DNA from: Bacteroidales bacterium
Lineage (GTDB): Bacteria; Bacteroidota; Bacteroidia; Bacteroidales; G3-4614
DNA length: 64,000 nucleotides
Assembly (NCBI GenBank): GCA_015061035.1
Contig: SUXK01000005.1
Coordinates: forward strand, 25,645-89,644
Direction: 5' to 3'
Shown here: in pieces, positions 61,600 to 64,000 of the stretch
How positions within the stretch are numbered: the stretch's first letter is position 1
How the letters are laid out: the number at the start of each line of letters is the position of its first letter
Notes under the pieces: generated by a model
What the model was told of the DNA's origin: nothing
Seen by the model: the letters and a program-made list of their open reading frames with translations, nothing else
Databases searched by the model: none
Made by a program: the position numbers and the translations under genes

Positions 61600-63270
61600 T
61601 TAATATATAAAACTGCTTCCACCAAGAAACTCCCTTGCCAAAGATGTTGGCGGAATCTCTTTTTCGGGGGTAGGCATAAACATGGTCAAGAAATTTAATA
61701 ATCGTTTTGCTTCGTTATACTCTTTTTGGTTTTTACCAACCTGTGCAAGAACAGGAATAGCCTCTCGGCATATAACTGAAAGTTCGTAAAGCAGCGATGT
61801 GTTAAACATTGCATCTGCATTCTCTTGATATGGGAAAATCCACTTCTCCTCGCCACGTCTGACGCTTGGCCAGCGAGCAATAGTGCTTTGTGCCGAGGTG
61901 CCGCGATATTTAGCATCACGAATAATTCTACGCAACAGACGGTTATCGGTAGTGGGTATTCTATTGTGGTCGTCAATTGAAATTGAGGTCAATGCCGAAA
62001 CATAGACTCTGTATTTCATTCTATCCTCAACCTGTGCAGTAAGTTGAGGATTTAGAGCATGAATACCCTCTAATATCAAAATACTTTGAGGGGTAAGTTT
62101 TAATTTTTTACCACCATAACTTCTTGTGCCTGTCTCAAAATTGTAAGTTGGAATATCAACCTCTTTACCATCAAGTAAATCGTTAAGGTCTCTGTTGAAT
62201 GCTTCAAGGTCAAGTGCATAAAGCGACTCATAATCATAATCGCCACTCTCATCGCGAGGCGTATCCTTTCTGTCAACAAAATAGTCATCTAACGATATGG
62301 CAACAGGAAGTAGCAGATTGGTTAAAAGTTGTATCGACAACCTCTTTGAGAAGGTGGTCTTGCCCGATGATGAAGGTCCTGCAATTAGAACAACTCTACC
62401 GCTACCGTTAAGTTTAAATCTTTCGGCAATATCATCAGCAATGTGTGCAATCTGTTTCTCATGCAAAGCCTCCATGACCTTTATAAGTGTGGGGGCGTGT
62501 CCCGAAGCAATAGCCTCGTTCAAATCGCCAACGTTGCTCAATCGGGCAATATTATTAAACCTATATTGCTCCTCAAAAGCGGCAAGGAGTTTATCTTGTC
62601 GGGAGATTTCATTCAACTCATTAGGATTTGCTTTTGATGGCGGAACAAGAAGAAATCCGTAACTATACTTGACAAAGTCAAAAACAGAAATGTATCCTGT
62701 TGACGGTGTAAGTTCGTATGGGTAAGTATCAATAACATTATCCATTTTATAATATACGGTATATGGTGCAGAGATGTATGAGAGGAGTTTAACTTTGTCC
62801 TCCATTGCTGCATCTTTAAACTTTTGCAATACCTCTTTGGTTGGCTCTTCAAATCTCTCTATTGGCATATCCATGGCAACAATCTCACGCATACGCTCGT
62901 TAATCATCATAAGAATATTTTCGCCACATTTCTCTGATAAACGACAGAATAACCCTTTTGATATTGAGTGTTCAATATCGAGTTTTGCGTTGGGCATAAC
63001 ATCGTGAACTGCTTTGTATAGAATAAAACAAAGGGTATGGATATATACCCTCTCTCCATGAGGCGAGGTATAGTCAAAGAACTCAATCTCTTTTGGTTTA
63101 TATACCCTGAAATTCAAACTCTGTGTTCGGTTATTAACCAAAGCGCCCATAATACGAGAATTCAACACAATCCCCGACTTGTTGAATATCTCCAAAACTG
63201 AAGAACCCTTCTCAACTTCAATCTCTTTTCCGTTATTAACGCAGAAAATTTTAATAGTTTCGTTCATCAT
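61600..63270 (-). CDS. Nucleoside (uridine) kinase family protein with N-terminal TGS/ThrRS-like domain
   Basis: IAGPSSSGKTT, ISLDDYF, LEGIHALNP, RLLRRIIRD, GEEKWIFPYQENAD; ATG 63270 preferred. Confidence 0.9.
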   Translation of the reverse strand: MMNETIKIFCVNNGKEIEVEKGSSVLEIFNKSGIVLNSRIMGALVNNRTQSLNFRVYKPKEIEFFDYTSPHGERVYIHTLCFILYKAVHDVMPNAKLDIEHSISKGLFCRLSEKCGENILMMINERMREIVAMDMPIERFEEPTKEVLQKFKDAAMEDKVKLLSYISAPYTVYYKMDNVIDTYPYELTPSTGYISVFDFVKYSYGFLLVPPSKANPNELNEISRQDKLLAAFEEQYRFNNIARLSNVGDLNEAIASGHAPTLIKVMEALHEKQIAHIADDIAERFKLNGSGRVVLIAGPSSSGKTTFSKRLSIQLLTNLLLPVAISLDDYFVDRKDTPRDESGDYDYESLYALDLEAFNRDLNDLLDGKEVDIPTYNFETGTRSYGGKKLKLTPQSILILEGIHALNPQLTAQVEDRMKYRVYVSALTSISIDDHNRIPTTDNRLLRRIIRDAKYRGTSAQSTIARWPSVRRGEEKWIFPYQENADAMFNTSLLYELSVICREAIPVLAQVGKNQKEYNEAKRLLNFLTMFMPTPEKEIPPTSLAREFLGGSSFIY

Positions 63271-63407
63271 AGAATTATTTTTTTGCAAAAATGTTAAAAG
63301 TTTTGCCTAATTGTATTTTTATTTTAATTTTGTGTCGGTAAAATGCCTAAATGTTTTTGCATTTGTGATGCTAAAATAAGAAAATTATTATAAAAATCAA
63401 ATAGTAA

Positions 63408-64000
63408 ATGGAATATTCATTTTTTGACTTTCTGCAACTAATAGGTTCATTAGGTCTGTTTTTGTACGGAATGAAGATGATGAGTGAGGGGTTGCAAAAA
63501 ATTGCAGGTGACCGTATGCGTTCAATCCTCTCGGCAATGACCTCAAATCGCTTCATGGGAGTTTTTACTGGACTATTGATTACTGCACTAATCCAGTCTT
63601 CATCGGCAACCACAGTTATGGTTGTAAGTTTTGTAAATGCAGGACTCCTCTCGTTGGCGCAATCAATCTCAGTGATTATGGGTGCCAACATTGGAACAAC
63701 GCTTACTGCATGGATAATATCGTTCTTTGGATTTGCCGTTGACATTAGTGTTTTTGCAATACCATTAATTGGTTTGGCTATTCCATTCTTCTTCTCAAGT
63801 AAGAGTAACAGACGCTCAATTGGTGAGTTGATACTTGGATTCTCATTCCTGTTTATGGGACTGTCATACTTGAAAAACTCAGTGCCTGATATTAAAAGCA
63901 GTCCTGAGATTTTGGCATTCCTGCAAAACTATTCTGATATGGGATATTGGTCAGTACTGATATTCTTCTTTGCGGGAGCAATAATAACTCTTATAGTGCA
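63408..64000 (+). CDS. Na/Pi cotransporter family protein, partial (runs off the window end)
   Basis: Manual translation MEYSFFDFLQLIGSLGLFLYGMKMMSEGLQK...IQSSSATTVMVVSFVNAG...IMGANIGTT. Confidence 0.93.
   Translation, partial: MEYSFFDFLQLIGSLGLFLYGMKMMSEGLQKIAGDRMRSILSAMTSNRFMGVFTGLLITALIQSSSATTVMVVSFVNAGLLSLAQSISVIMGANIGTTLTAWIISFFGFAVDISVFAIPLIGLAIPFFFSSKSNRRSIGELILGFSFLFMGLSYLKNSVPDIKSSPEILAFLQNYSDMGYWSVLIFFFAGAIITLIV

Noticed and set aside
63371-63745. 124-aa minus-strand ORF
   Set aside because: Antisense shadow of the Na/Pi cotransporter starting at 63408

Overview
64 kb of a low-GC Bacteroidales chromosome. TAnnTTTG promoters, SusC/SusD, and T9SS C-terminal domains point to a T9SS-using lineage. 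Left to right: (1) a protease-centred SusC/SusD locus with a DUF5117/DUF4953 Zn-peptidase and a divergent T9SS M6 protease; (2) an accessory region (11.2-27.6 kb) where two mosaic arrays of palindromic repeats bracket a small T9SS protein and a 1919-aa adhesin with five C-type-lectin-fold-like domains showing DGR-like variable ends, followed by a surface lipoprotein/beta-barrel operon, an XRE gene with a long structured leader, an orphan phage-type replication module and a low-GC islet next to tRNA-Leu/tRNA-Gly; (3) GH92, MurF-Alr, GSCFA and two T9SS proteins sharing an almost identical CTD; (4) the complete str-S10-spc-alpha ribosomal protein cluster; (5) housekeeping genes (DUF1460, ispG, purE, rpoN, nucleoside kinase, partial Na/Pi cotransporter). 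The most interesting signals are the GTAG-REP mosaics with a nested, apparently target-specific 91-bp element, the multi-domain putative DGR target, and a possible T9SS carrier/cargo pairing. No reverse transcriptase, integrase, transposase or CRISPR array is visible. All family calls come from motif recognition, not from database searches.
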